The notes under the pieces: model-generated
Database searches by the model: none
What the model was told of the DNA's origin: nothing
What the model saw: the letters and a program-made list of their open reading frames with translations, nothing else
Program-made: the position numbers and the translations under genes
NCBI RefSeq assembly: GCF_001457615.1
Contig: NZ_LN831024.1
Location: forward strand, 4,170,001 to 4,202,000
Source of the DNA: Pseudomonas aeruginosa
Lineage (GTDB): Bacteria > Pseudomonadota > Gammaproteobacteria > Pseudomonadales > Pseudomonadaceae
Length of the DNA stretch: 32,000 bases
Reading direction: 5' to 3'
Part shown: piece by piece, positions 17,618-26,161 of the stretch
How positions within the stretch are numbered: the stretch's first letter is position 1
How the letters are laid out: every line of letters begins with the position of its first letter

Positions 17618-17967
17618 GTGAGGGGAAATTTGTATCTTATTTTAAATACCCACGAAACATATAAAAACACACACAGCGAAACACTTCGGAAAACCAACGC
17701 AAGGTGGAAGTGCAATGCGTGACCGTGAATCCATTCTCATCGCTTTTCTCTCTTTCCTGACGATAAGACTGCATGGCAGCAGTTGACTGCCCTTGAGTCG
17801 ACGGCACTCCGTATTTCCATAACGGTTTTTCCGGGCAAGGCGCCTCGACGCTTGCCGCTCGCGTGAGCGAGCCGGTGGGCGGCGGACGACTGGCAGAGCC
17901 CGGGAAGACTCGGTCGCCGTCTTCGCGAAAAACCAAAAATCCTTCATTTAGCCGAAGAAGCCGGCAG

Positions 17968-19824
17968 ATGGACTCATTTTTTCGAAAAAAGGCGATTGCC
18001 AGAATGTCCCAGAACTCCCTGCTCGACCTGTACGCGCACCCGACGGTGGTGGCCCGCTTCAGCGAAATGGCAGCGCTTCATCCCCATCGCGAAGCCATCA
18101 GGGACCGTTTCGGAAGTGTCGACTATCGGCAACTCCTGGATAGCGCCGAACAACTTTCAGACTATCTTCTCGAGCATTATCCGCAGCCGGGAGTTTGTCT
18201 TGGAGTGTACGGCGAATATTCTCGGGAAAGCATTACCTGCCTGCTCGCCATACTGTTATCCGGCCATCACTACTTATATATAGACCTGAAACAACCGGCG
18301 GCCTGGAATGCAGAGTTGTGCCGGCAGGTCGACTGCCGCCTGATCCTCGACTGCTCGACCACGCCGACGCCCGCCAACGGTCTTCCCTGCGTCCCGGTCA
18401 GGCACCTGCCTGCCGCTCCAGCCTCGGTCGCCCGGCCATGCTTCGCGGCGGACCAGATCGCCTACATCAACTTCTCCTCGGGCACCACCGGCCGCCCGAA
18501 AGCCATCGCCTGCACCCACGCCGGCATTACCCGCCTGTGCCTGGGCCAGTCGTTCCTCGCGTTCGCTCCGCAGATGCGCTTCCTGGTGAACTCGCCGCTG
18601 TCCTTCGATGCGGCGACCCTGGAGATCTGGGGTGCGCTGCTCAACGGCGGCTGCTGCGTGCTGAACGACCTCGGCCCCCTCGACCCGGGCGTGCTGCGCC
18701 AGTTGATCGGAGAGCGCGGAGCCGACAGCGCCTGGCTCACCGCCTCGCTGTTCAACACCCTGGTGGACCTCGACCCGGACTGTCTCGGCGGCCTTCGCCA
18801 GTTGCTCACCGGCGGCGACATCCTCTCGGTGCCGCACGTGCGCCGGGCGCTGCTGCGGCATCCGCGACTGCACCTGGTGAATGGCTACGGACCGACGGAG
18901 AACACCACCTTCACCTGCTGCCATGTCGTCACCGACGACGACCTCGAGGAAGACGACATCCCCATCGGCAAGGCCATCGCCGGCACCGCGGTGCTCCTGC
19001 TCGACGAGCACGGACAGGAGATCACCGAGCCCGACCGGGCCGGGGAGATCGTCGCCTTCGGCGCCGGCCTGGCGCAGGGTTATCGGAACGATGCGGCGCG
19101 CACCCGCGCCAGCTTCGTCGAGTTGCCCTATCGCGGCCGCCTCCTGCGTGCCTACCGTACCGGCGACCGCGCTCGCTACGACGAGCAGGGCCGGCTGCGC
19201 TTCATCGGCCGCGGCGATGGCCAGGTCAAGCTGAACGGCTATCGCCTCGACCTCCCCGCCCTGGAACAGCGCTTGCGCCGCCAGCCGGGCATCCTCGACT
19301 GCGCCCTGCTGGTCCGCGAGCGCAACGGCGTCAAGCAACTGCTCTGCGCCTGGACGGGAAAAGCCGACACCAGCCCGCAGGCCCTGCTCCGCCAACTGCC
19401 CACCTGGCAGCGCCCGCATGCCTGCGTCCGGGTCGAGGCCTTGCCCTTGACGGCGCACGGCAAGCTGGACCGCGCCGCCCTGCTGCGCCGCCTGGAAGAA
19501 CCGCTGGAGCGCTGCGCCAGCGCGCTCGATCCCGACCAACGCGGCTGCGCGCAGCTGTGGAGCGAATTGCTGGGTTGCGAGGTCGGCGCCGCCGACCAGG
19601 ATTTCTTCCTCTGCGGCGGCAACTCGTTGCTCGCCCTGCAACTGGTCGCCCTCTGTCAATCGGCGGGTGCGGGAGCAAACCTGGGACTCGCCGACTTGCA
19701 GGCAAACTCGCACCTCGACCAGTTCAGCCGTCTCCTGCGCAGCCACGGCCTGGCGCCGGAGCGTCTGCTGGAACGGGCGGCGACGCCGGAGCAGCCGCTG
19801 GTGCTGTCGAGGAGCGCGGCATGA
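17968..19824 (+). CDS. NRPS adenylation-peptidyl carrier protein didomain (PA1221-like; reported in the literature as valine-activating)
   Basis: 618 aa; A3 INFSSGTTGRPKAIACTH, A5 NGYGPTENTTF, A7 YRTGDRARY, A8 GRGDGQVKLNGYRLDL, A10 LPLTAHGKLDRAALL, PCP core QDFFLCGGNSLLALQLV. Longer upstream start (17863) considered unlikely. Confidence 0.95.
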   Translation: MDSFFRKKAIARMSQNSLLDLYAHPTVVARFSEMAALHPHREAIRDRFGSVDYRQLLDSAEQLSDYLLEHYPQPGVCLGVYGEYSRESITCLLAILLSGHHYLYIDLKQPAAWNAELCRQVDCRLILDCSTTPTPANGLPCVPVRHLPAAPASVARPCFAADQIAYINFSSGTTGRPKAIACTHAGITRLCLGQSFLAFAPQMRFLVNSPLSFDAATLEIWGALLNGGCCVLNDLGPLDPGVLRQLIGERGADSAWLTASLFNTLVDLDPDCLGGLRQLLTGGDILSVPHVRRALLRHPRLHLVNGYGPTENTTFTCCHVVTDDDLEEDDIPIGKAIAGTAVLLLDEHGQEITEPDRAGEIVAFGAGLAQGYRNDAARTRASFVELPYRGRLLRAYRTGDRARYDEQGRLRFIGRGDGQVKLNGYRLDLPALEQRLRRQPGILDCALLVRERNGVKQLLCAWTGKADTSPQALLRQLPTWQRPHACVRVEALPLTAHGKLDRAALLRRLEEPLERCASALDPDQRGCAQLWSELLGCEVGAADQDFFLCGGNSLLALQLVALCQSAGAGANLGLADLQANSHLDQFSRLLRSHGLAPERLLERAATPEQPLVLSRSAA

Positions 19825-21083
19825 ACGTCGGTCTCTCCGCGGAGGTGCGCTACCACTGGTTCCGCGAGCACCTGGTGGTGGTCGGCGATTGGCACCGCCT
19901 GTCCCCCTCCGAGCGCGACCGCCTGCGGCACCAACCGATGCCGGATGAGGCCGCACAGTCCTTGCGCGTCGACCTGTCGCCCTGGTCCTGCGGGATGGTC
20001 TTCAGCGAGCTGCTCGGCGCCGACCTGACCCGCTTCGGCCTCTGCTACCTGGCTCCGGCCGAGGTGCCGGCATCCGACCTGACGCGCCTGGGACGGCGCC
20101 TGCGCGAAGAGTTCCCGTTGCTCGACAGCCAGGTGGACAGCGGCGCGGAAGGTTTCGAACTGGTCGTCCACGGGCGGCCCGAGGACAGCCCGGCGCTGGA
20201 AGTCGGCCCCTTCGCCGACGAAAACGCGCTCATCGCAGCGCTGCTGCAACGCCCGCATTCCCTGTTCGAGCGCGGCCTGCTGCGACTGTTCCACGGGCGC
20301 TGCGGAGGACGTGCGCGCTGGGGCGTCTGGCTGCATCACCTGGTCGCCGACGCCGACTTCGCCAGCGTGCTGCTGGCCCGCCTGGCCGTGCTCAACGCCG
20401 ACCCCACGACCGAAGCGGCGGCCCCCGAGTTCGGCTTCCTCCAGCAGCAATGGCGCCTGGAGCGCCAGCTGCGCGAGCGCAGGACCAGGCTGGAAGACTA
20501 CTGGAGCGAGCGCGGCGAGGCGTTCCGCGAACTGGCGAGCCTGCCCTGGGCGGAGCGCGCCAGACATTGCGAGGATTTCCGCTTGGCCGCCACGCCAGGA
20601 GGCGGCGAAGCCGCCCTGCTGACCCGGCTCGCCTGCGCCCTGGCTCTCGCCCTGGCCAGCCAGGGCGCCACCGGCAAGGTCCTGGCGCTGACCCCGGTCA
20701 GCCTGCGCAGTCGCCGAGGCACGGCGGTTTCCGGTTGCTGGCTGAACCTGGTGCCGCTGTTGCTGGACGCCGCGACCGCCGAGGACACCTTCGAACGACA
20801 CAGGCTCGAGGCCTTCGAGCACAGCCTGCTGCCGGCGGAGGCCATCGCCGAACGGGCCGGGCTGCGCTATGCCGACGCCCAGGTGATGATCAATGTCATC
20901 GACCAGCCATTCCGCAGCGCCGGGTTCATCCACCGGCCGACACTGAAGAGCCGCCTGCCGCTGACCCTGACCCTGGTCCGGCGCGACGACGGCGGCTGGG
21001 ACGCCAGCCTGGCCAGCCGCTTCGGCCGCGAACGGACCCTGGCGCTGGCGGCGGCCATGGCCGAGGCGCTACGCCCATGCTGA
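19821..21083 (+). CDS. free-standing NRPS condensation-domain-like protein
   Basis: 420 aa; ATGA overlap with upstream gene; RARWGVWLHHLVADADFASVLLARLAVL contains HHxxxD; later TPVSLRSRRGTAVSGCWLNLVPLLL resembles C-domain core (PxxxR...GxxxN). Confidence 0.8.
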   Translation: MNVGLSAEVRYHWFREHLVVVGDWHRLSPSERDRLRHQPMPDEAAQSLRVDLSPWSCGMVFSELLGADLTRFGLCYLAPAEVPASDLTRLGRRLREEFPLLDSQVDSGAEGFELVVHGRPEDSPALEVGPFADENALIAALLQRPHSLFERGLLRLFHGRCGGRARWGVWLHHLVADADFASVLLARLAVLNADPTTEAAAPEFGFLQQQWRLERQLRERRTRLEDYWSERGEAFRELASLPWAERARHCEDFRLAATPGGGEAALLTRLACALALALASQGATGKVLALTPVSLRSRRGTAVSGCWLNLVPLLLDAATAEDTFERHRLEAFEHSLLPAEAIAERAGLRYADAQVMINVIDQPFRSAGFIHRPTLKSRLPLTLTLVRRDDGGWDASLASRFGRERTLALAAAMAEALRPC

Positions 21084-21691
21084 TCCTGCTGCCTGACTTC
21101 ATCGGCCACCCGAGCTGCTTCCGCGGGCTGCTGGCACGCCTCGGCGCAACGGACTGCCGGCTGGTCGACTACCACCGGCTGGATGCCTACGCCAGCATCG
21201 AAGCCCTCGCCAGCCAGGTACTCGACGGCCTGGCGGAAGAACCGGACTGGCTGATCGGCTATTCCTTCGGCGGCCTGGTCGGCTACGAGATGACCCGCCA
21301 GTTGCCGGCCAGCCGCCTGCTGATGATCGACAGCCACCTGCCCTGGCCGGCCCTGCGGCGAATGCCGCCGAGCGAGCAATACCAGCGCTGGCTGAGCGCC
21401 GAGATGCGCGAATGGATCGCCCTGATGAGCGAGCTTGGCGAACTGCGCGAAGAGGTCCTGCTGCGCAATGTCGAGCTGTTCGGCCGCTGGCAGCCCCGCC
21501 ATCGCCTCGCCCGCGCCAGCTGGGTGCGTTGCCGGGACGACGCCGGCCGCGACCCGGCCGCCGAACGCTGGTGCGACCTGATCGAGCGGCTCGACACCTT
21601 CCCCTGCGAGCGTCCGCACCACCTGGCCCTGCAGGACCCGGCGGTGATCGATTTCATCGTCCACACCGTCAGCAAGGAGTCCGTCCAATGA
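21077..21691 (+). CDS. alpha/beta-hydrolase thioesterase (NRPS TE-like)
   Basis: MLILLPDFIGHPSCFRGLLARLGATDCRLVDYHRLDAYASIEALASQVLDGLAEEPDWLIGYSFGGLVGYEMTRQL: GYSFGG nucleophile motif typical of NRPS thioesterases; overlaps upstream gene by 7 nt. Confidence 0.85.
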   Translation: MLILLPDFIGHPSCFRGLLARLGATDCRLVDYHRLDAYASIEALASQVLDGLAEEPDWLIGYSFGGLVGYEMTRQLPASRLLMIDSHLPWPALRRMPPSEQYQRWLSAEMREWIALMSELGELREEVLLRNVELFGRWQPRHRLARASWVRCRDDAGRDPAAERWCDLIERLDTFPCERPHHLALQDPAVIDFIVHTVSKESVQ

Positions 21692-22566
21692 AACACTATC
21701 GGCAGGTGGTATCCCCGCAATTGCGCCAACAGGCGCTGGACTGGATCCTCGCCGCGGCGCAGCGGCCGGACCCGGCGCTGGAACCGGAATTCGACATCGC
21801 CGACGACGAGCGCCGCGAGGCGAAGAAGGTGCGCAACCTGCACCGCCACGACCCGCTCTTCTGGGACGACTGGTTCGCCCGCTCCGGGCTCGACGCGCTG
21901 GTCCGCGACCATCTGCGCAAGCCGCGCCTGCTGCGCCACGCGGCGTTCATCAAGCGCCACGCCGACGAGTCCTACATCCCGCTGCACCAGGACATCGCGC
22001 TATGGGAGAAGCGCTACGAAAGCGCGCAGACCTTCTGGGTCGCCCTGACCCCGTCGCGGAACGACAACGGTGGGATGTTCTATTACCCCGACGACCGCAC
22101 CATCTTCCCCCACGAGTTCGACCTCGCCTACCCGATGTTCAAGTGCATCGACCTCCAGGCCAACGGCATTTCCCGCGAGCAACTGGTGGATGCCGAGCTG
22201 GACGCCGGCGATGTCCTGGTCTGGCCCGCCCGCACCGCACATGGCAGCCACAACAACCGCAGCGGCCAGCTGCGCATCGGCATGCCGATCGTCTTCGTCG
22301 AGGACGACGAATTCCACCAACTGAATCGAGAGGACAGCATGAAAACCTGGATCGCTTCCAACCTGAAAAGCGTGTTCCCGGACGAGGCAATCACCGAGGA
22401 CAACCTCGACCACTATCTTCCGCAGCTGTGCGACTACTCGCTGAAGATGGTCACCTTCCTCGCCCGTTTCTCCCGCCAGTTCGGTCATGCGCCGAAGATC
22501 CACGACTTCATCAGGGAGCCGCGGCTGGCGACGCTGTCGGCCTCGGACGCGGGAGCGAGACGATGA
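21688..22566 (+). CDS. phytanoyl-CoA dioxygenase (PhyH) family Fe(II)/2-oxoglutarate oxygenase
   Basis: 292 aa; HxD in YIPLHQDIALW, distal His/Arg in WPARTAHGSHNNRSGQLRIGMPIVFV; ATGA overlap. Confidence 0.8.
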   Translation: MKHYRQVVSPQLRQQALDWILAAAQRPDPALEPEFDIADDERREAKKVRNLHRHDPLFWDDWFARSGLDALVRDHLRKPRLLRHAAFIKRHADESYIPLHQDIALWEKRYESAQTFWVALTPSRNDNGGMFYYPDDRTIFPHEFDLAYPMFKCIDLQANGISREQLVDAELDAGDVLVWPARTAHGSHNNRSGQLRIGMPIVFVEDDEFHQLNREDSMKTWIASNLKSVFPDEAITEDNLDHYLPQLCDYSLKMVTFLARFSRQFGHAPKIHDFIREPRLATLSASDAGARR

Positions 22567-23930
22567 TCCGGGTCATCGACTGCACCCTGCGCGAGGGGTG
22601 CCAGGCCCGCCAGTGCAGCTTCGACAGCGCGCAGTCGGTCCAGCTGGCGAGGGAAATCGCGGCGCTGGGGGTGGATATGATCGAGTGCGGCCACCCGCGG
22701 ATTTCCGCGGACGAACGCGAGCGGGTACGCGCCGTGGTGGCGGCGGTTTCCACGCCGGTGCTGGCCCACGCCCGGGCGCGCCGGGAGGATATCGACGCGG
22801 TGCTGGAAACCGGTGCCCAGTGGGTCGGGCTGTTCGCCTCGATCAACGCGATCTCGCTGGAAACCAAGTTCAAGGGCATGAACCGCGAGGAGGTGCTCGA
22901 ACTGTTCCACGACGCGATCCGCTACGCCCGCGAACGCGGCCTGCGGGTCCGGGCCACGGTGGAAGACGCCGCGCGCACCTCGGTCAGCGACCTGGTCAGC
23001 ATGATCGCCACCGCGCGCGACGCCGGCGCCGATCGCATCTGCTTCGCCGACAGCGTCGGCATCCTGCTGCCGGACGAGACCTTCGACGTGCTCTCGCTGC
23101 TGCGCCACGAGTTCCCCGACGTGGTCTTCGAGTACCACGTGCACAACGACCGCGGCCTGGCCCTGGGCAACACCCTGGCGGCGATCCAGGCCGGGGTCCA
23201 GTGGCACTCGGCGAGCTGCAACGGGATCGGCGAACGCGCCGGGATCACCGACACCTTCCAGTTGCTGACCCTGCTGCATACCAAGTTCGCCGCCGACCGC
23301 TTCAACCTGAAGAACGTCCTCGCGGTCTCCGAGCTGGTCGAGGCGCACAGCCGGATCAAGCGTTCACCGATGCACCCGGTGGTCGGCGAGAACGCCTTCG
23401 TCCATGTCGCCCGCCTGCACCAGTTGGCCATGCAGGAAAACCAGGACGCCTACAGCGCCTTCGATCCGGAACTGATCAACGGCCGCGTCTCGCTGCAACG
23501 CTACACGCCGATGCACCGCCAATCCCTGTTCCTCACGCCTTTCGAGAAATCCGCCAGCGAACTGAAGTACCACCGCCACGGCCCCGGCAAGCGCTTCGTC
23601 ATGCTCGACCGGCGCCTGCTCGACGGCTCGCCGTTCTACTTCATCGCCCGCCAGTTCCACGACGTCGGCGACGGCGGGCCGGGCCACGTCGACAGCCACG
23701 TGCACAACTGCGACTCGGTGTTCCTGTTCCTCGGCAGCGACGAGGACTACCGCGGCCTGGAGGTGGAAGTCCTGCTCGGCGGCCAACTGCGCCGTTTGCA
23801 GAGCCCGGCCAGCGTGTTCATCCCCGCCGGCGTCGAGCACAGCTACCGCTACCTCGGCGGCAGCGGCACCTACATCAATTTCGTCCACAAGGGCGATTAC
23901 CACGAGAGCCTACTGGAGATTACCCAATGA
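22563..23930 (+). CDS. HMGL-like/2-isopropylmalate-homocitrate synthase-like TIM barrel fused to C-terminal cupin-like domain
   Basis: 455 aa; MIRVIDCTLREGCQARQCSF, IECGHPRIS, EYHVHNDRGLALGNTLAAIQAGVQWHSASCNGIGERAG; C-terminal HVDSHVHNCDSVFLFLG...SPASVFIPAGVEHSYRYLGG; ATGA overlap. Confidence 0.85.
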   Translation: MIRVIDCTLREGCQARQCSFDSAQSVQLAREIAALGVDMIECGHPRISADERERVRAVVAAVSTPVLAHARARREDIDAVLETGAQWVGLFASINAISLETKFKGMNREEVLELFHDAIRYARERGLRVRATVEDAARTSVSDLVSMIATARDAGADRICFADSVGILLPDETFDVLSLLRHEFPDVVFEYHVHNDRGLALGNTLAAIQAGVQWHSASCNGIGERAGITDTFQLLTLLHTKFAADRFNLKNVLAVSELVEAHSRIKRSPMHPVVGENAFVHVARLHQLAMQENQDAYSAFDPELINGRVSLQRYTPMHRQSLFLTPFEKSASELKYHRHGPGKRFVMLDRRLLDGSPFYFIARQFHDVGDGGPGHVDSHVHNCDSVFLFLGSDEDYRGLEVEVLLGGQLRRLQSPASVFIPAGVEHSYRYLGGSGTYINFVHKGDYHESLLEITQ

Positions 23931-24673
23931 AGCAGTTCGACAAGCACGCAGACGCCTACAACGTGGTCCGCGGCAAGATCGCCTATCCGGATTCGCTCTA
24001 CCGCAACCTCGCCGAACGCGCCCCGGCACGCGAAGCGGCGCTGGACATCGGCTGCGGCAACGGCGTCTCGACCGTCCGCCTGCAACCCTGGTTCCGCTAC
24101 GTGGAAGGCAGCGACCTGGGCGAGGCGCTGATCGCCAAGGCCCGCGAGAACTACCCGGAGATCCGCTTCAGCGTGTCGCCGGCGGAAACCTTCGCGCCGC
24201 AACGCCGCTTCGACCTGGTCACCAGCGCCACCTCCTTCTACTGGATGGACCGCAAGCAGGTGCTGACGCGCATGGCCGACTGGCTGACCCCCGGCGGGCT
24301 GTTCTGCGCCTACAAGTACGACTTCCCGATCGCCTACGGGCCGCTGCGCGACTTCATCGAGCACGAACTGGTGAACAAGTGGGCCAAACACCGTGATCCG
24401 CGCCTGACCCGCTATGACGACACCCTGGAGATCATGGGCAGTTGCCCGCACCTGCGCGACTGCCGCCGCGAAGTGTTCGCCAACATCATCTTCCTCAGCC
24501 CGGAGGAGGTCGCGCTGTTCTTCCTCTCCACCAGCTACGTGACCCGCTACATCGAGCAGGAAGGCGGCGAAGACTACGCCGACCGCTTCATCGCCGCGGT
24601 GCGCGAGATCGAGAGCGCGCCGCAGGTGGCGGTGAACTTCGACATCCACGCCTTCACCGCGCTGAATCGCTGA
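23927..24673 (+). CDS. class I SAM-dependent methyltransferase
   Basis: 248 aa; FDKHADAYNVVRGKIAYP...ALDIGCGNGVSTVRLQPWFRYVEGSDLGEALIAKARENYPEIRF...FDLVTSATSFYWMDRKQVLTRMADWLTPGGLFCAYKYDFP; ATGA overlap. Confidence 0.9.
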   Translation: MKQFDKHADAYNVVRGKIAYPDSLYRNLAERAPAREAALDIGCGNGVSTVRLQPWFRYVEGSDLGEALIAKARENYPEIRFSVSPAETFAPQRRFDLVTSATSFYWMDRKQVLTRMADWLTPGGLFCAYKYDFPIAYGPLRDFIEHELVNKWAKHRDPRLTRYDDTLEIMGSCPHLRDCRREVFANIIFLSPEEVALFFLSTSYVTRYIEQEGGEDYADRFIAAVREIESAPQVAVNFDIHAFTALNR

Positions 24674-24682
24674 GGAGCCGGC

Positions 24683-26161
24683 ATGAGCAGCCTCCCCGTA
24701 CCCGTATCGCTCGACAGCACCCTCCGCCATCTCGGCAGCGCCGACCCGCGGCGGCCGTTCCTGATCGACGCCCGCGAGCCGGAGCGACCGCTGGAATACA
24801 CCTGGGGCGACGCCGACCGCCAGGTCGATGCCCTCGCCGAGCAGATCGCCGCGCATGCCTGCCGCAGTGTCGGCGTGCTGCTCGACAACAGCTACCGCAA
24901 CCTCTGCCTGATCTATGCGGTCATGCGCGCGGGCAAGCATCTGGTGCTGATCGATCCCGAGTGGGGGGAGGCCGCGAAGCAGGCCATCGTCGACGAGATG
25001 CGCCTGGACGCGCTGGCCAGCGAACATCCGCTCAAGGGCGCGCTGGCCGGGCTGCGCCTGGCGCTGGACTTCGAGCGCAGCGCGACGCGCCGGCTCGACC
25101 GCGCCGCGCACAGCCACATGATCCTGTTCACCTCGGGCACCACCGGCCAGCCGAAAGGCATCGAACTCAGCCAGCAGGCCATGCTCCATGCCTACCGCAT
25201 CGGCCGCGACTGCCTGGGCATCGGCGAGCACACGCGCTCCGGTTGCTTCTACCGGATCAGCGGCCTGGGCATCCTCGGCATCAATTTCCTCTTCCCGCTG
25301 CTGTACGGCGGCAGCGCGGTGCTCCTGCCGCTGCACTGCTGGGCCGACAGCGAAGGCTTCTGGGAATGCGTGGAACGCTTCGGCATCAGTTTCCTCTACC
25401 TGGTGCCGCCGGTGGTCAACCACATGGTCAAGGAAGGCTCCCCGCCGCCGCGCCGCTTGCCGTTGCAGCGCCTGCTCTGCGTCGCCGGCTCGGCGCGCCT
25501 GGACGCCGACCTGCAGGCGGCCTTCCAGCGCGACTACGCGGCGCTGGCGAACATCTACGGCCTCAGCGAGTGCGGCTTCGCCTTCCTCTTCGGCAAGCGT
25601 CGCGGCGATGCGTTCGACAACTCGGTGGGACCTGCCATCGGCCTGGAACTCAAGCTGACCGACCCCGACGGCCGCCCGCTGGAGGGCAGCGGCGAACGCG
25701 GGCGCCTGTGGGTGCGCACGCCGAGCCTGTTCTCCGGCTACGTCAACCGCCCCGACCTGACCGCCCAGGTGCTCGAGGACGGCTGGCTGAACACCCAGGA
25801 CCTCGCCTACTTCGACGAGGACCGCTGCGTGCACGTCCTCGGCCGTTGCGACGGCACCATCAACAAGGGCGGCAACCTGTTCCACCTGAATGAATGCGAA
25901 AGGGCGCTCAACGGCCTGGACGAGGTGATCGACGTCTGCTGCCTGAAGGTCGACTGCCCGCTCTATGGCGAAGACTATGTCGCCGTGATCCACACCGCGC
26001 CGCAGGTCGAGTTCGCCTTCCTGCCCTGGCTCCAGCAGCAGCTCGGCACCCTCCGCGCGCCACAGCGCGTGGTGCTGTCGCACCAGGCCCTGCCGCTGAA
26101 CGGCGCCGGCAAGCACGACCGCCGTGCGCTCGCCGCCCTGCTGCAACGGGAAGCCTCGTGA
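24683..26161 (+). CDS. stand-alone AMP-forming acyl/aminoacyl ligase (ANL superfamily, no carrier domain)
   Basis: 492 aa; HSHMILFTSGTTGQPKGIELSQQAMLHA, ANIYGLSECGFAF, LNTQDLAYFDEDRCVHVLGRCDGTINKGGNLFHLNECERAL, LPLNGAGKHDRRALAALL. Confidence 0.9.
   Translation: MSSLPVPVSLDSTLRHLGSADPRRPFLIDAREPERPLEYTWGDADRQVDALAEQIAAHACRSVGVLLDNSYRNLCLIYAVMRAGKHLVLIDPEWGEAAKQAIVDEMRLDALASEHPLKGALAGLRLALDFERSATRRLDRAAHSHMILFTSGTTGQPKGIELSQQAMLHAYRIGRDCLGIGEHTRSGCFYRISGLGILGINFLFPLLYGGSAVLLPLHCWADSEGFWECVERFGISFLYLVPPVVNHMVKEGSPPPRRLPLQRLLCVAGSARLDADLQAAFQRDYAALANIYGLSECGFAFLFGKRRGDAFDNSVGPAIGLELKLTDPDGRPLEGSGERGRLWVRTPSLFSGYVNRPDLTAQVLEDGWLNTQDLAYFDEDRCVHVLGRCDGTINKGGNLFHLNECERALNGLDEVIDVCCLKVDCPLYGEDYVAVIHTAPQVEFAFLPWLQQQLGTLRAPQRVVLSHQALPLNGAGKHDRRALAALLQREAS

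Noticed and set aside
17029-17947. ORFs 17029..17715, 17637..17936, 17642..17947 (minus) and 17251..17526 (plus) in the mltA to A-PCP intergenic region
   Set aside because: Non-ATG (e.g. TTG at 17715) or weak starts, no SD, no motifs; treated as non-coding leader/spacer, although a small peptide cannot be fully excluded.
18195-20933. Large alternative-frame ORFs (18195.. plus, 18274..19956 minus, 19656..20933 minus) across the A-PCP and C-like genes
   Set aside because: Low-complexity Arg/Ala/Gln-rich translations without domains; only the downstream part of the 18195 frame (from 19821) is a real gene.
22563-23930. Annotation as a primary-metabolism leuA (2-isopropylmalate synthase)
   Set aside because: No LeuA allosteric domain; has a cupin-like C-terminus and sits inside a coupled biosynthetic operon.
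23897-26146. 749-aa open frame on the minus strand opposite the methyltransferase and ligase genes
   Set aside because: Shadow ORF typical of very high GC codon usage; Gln/His/Arg/Ala-rich with no recognisable motif, and the plus-strand genes have full domain signatures.
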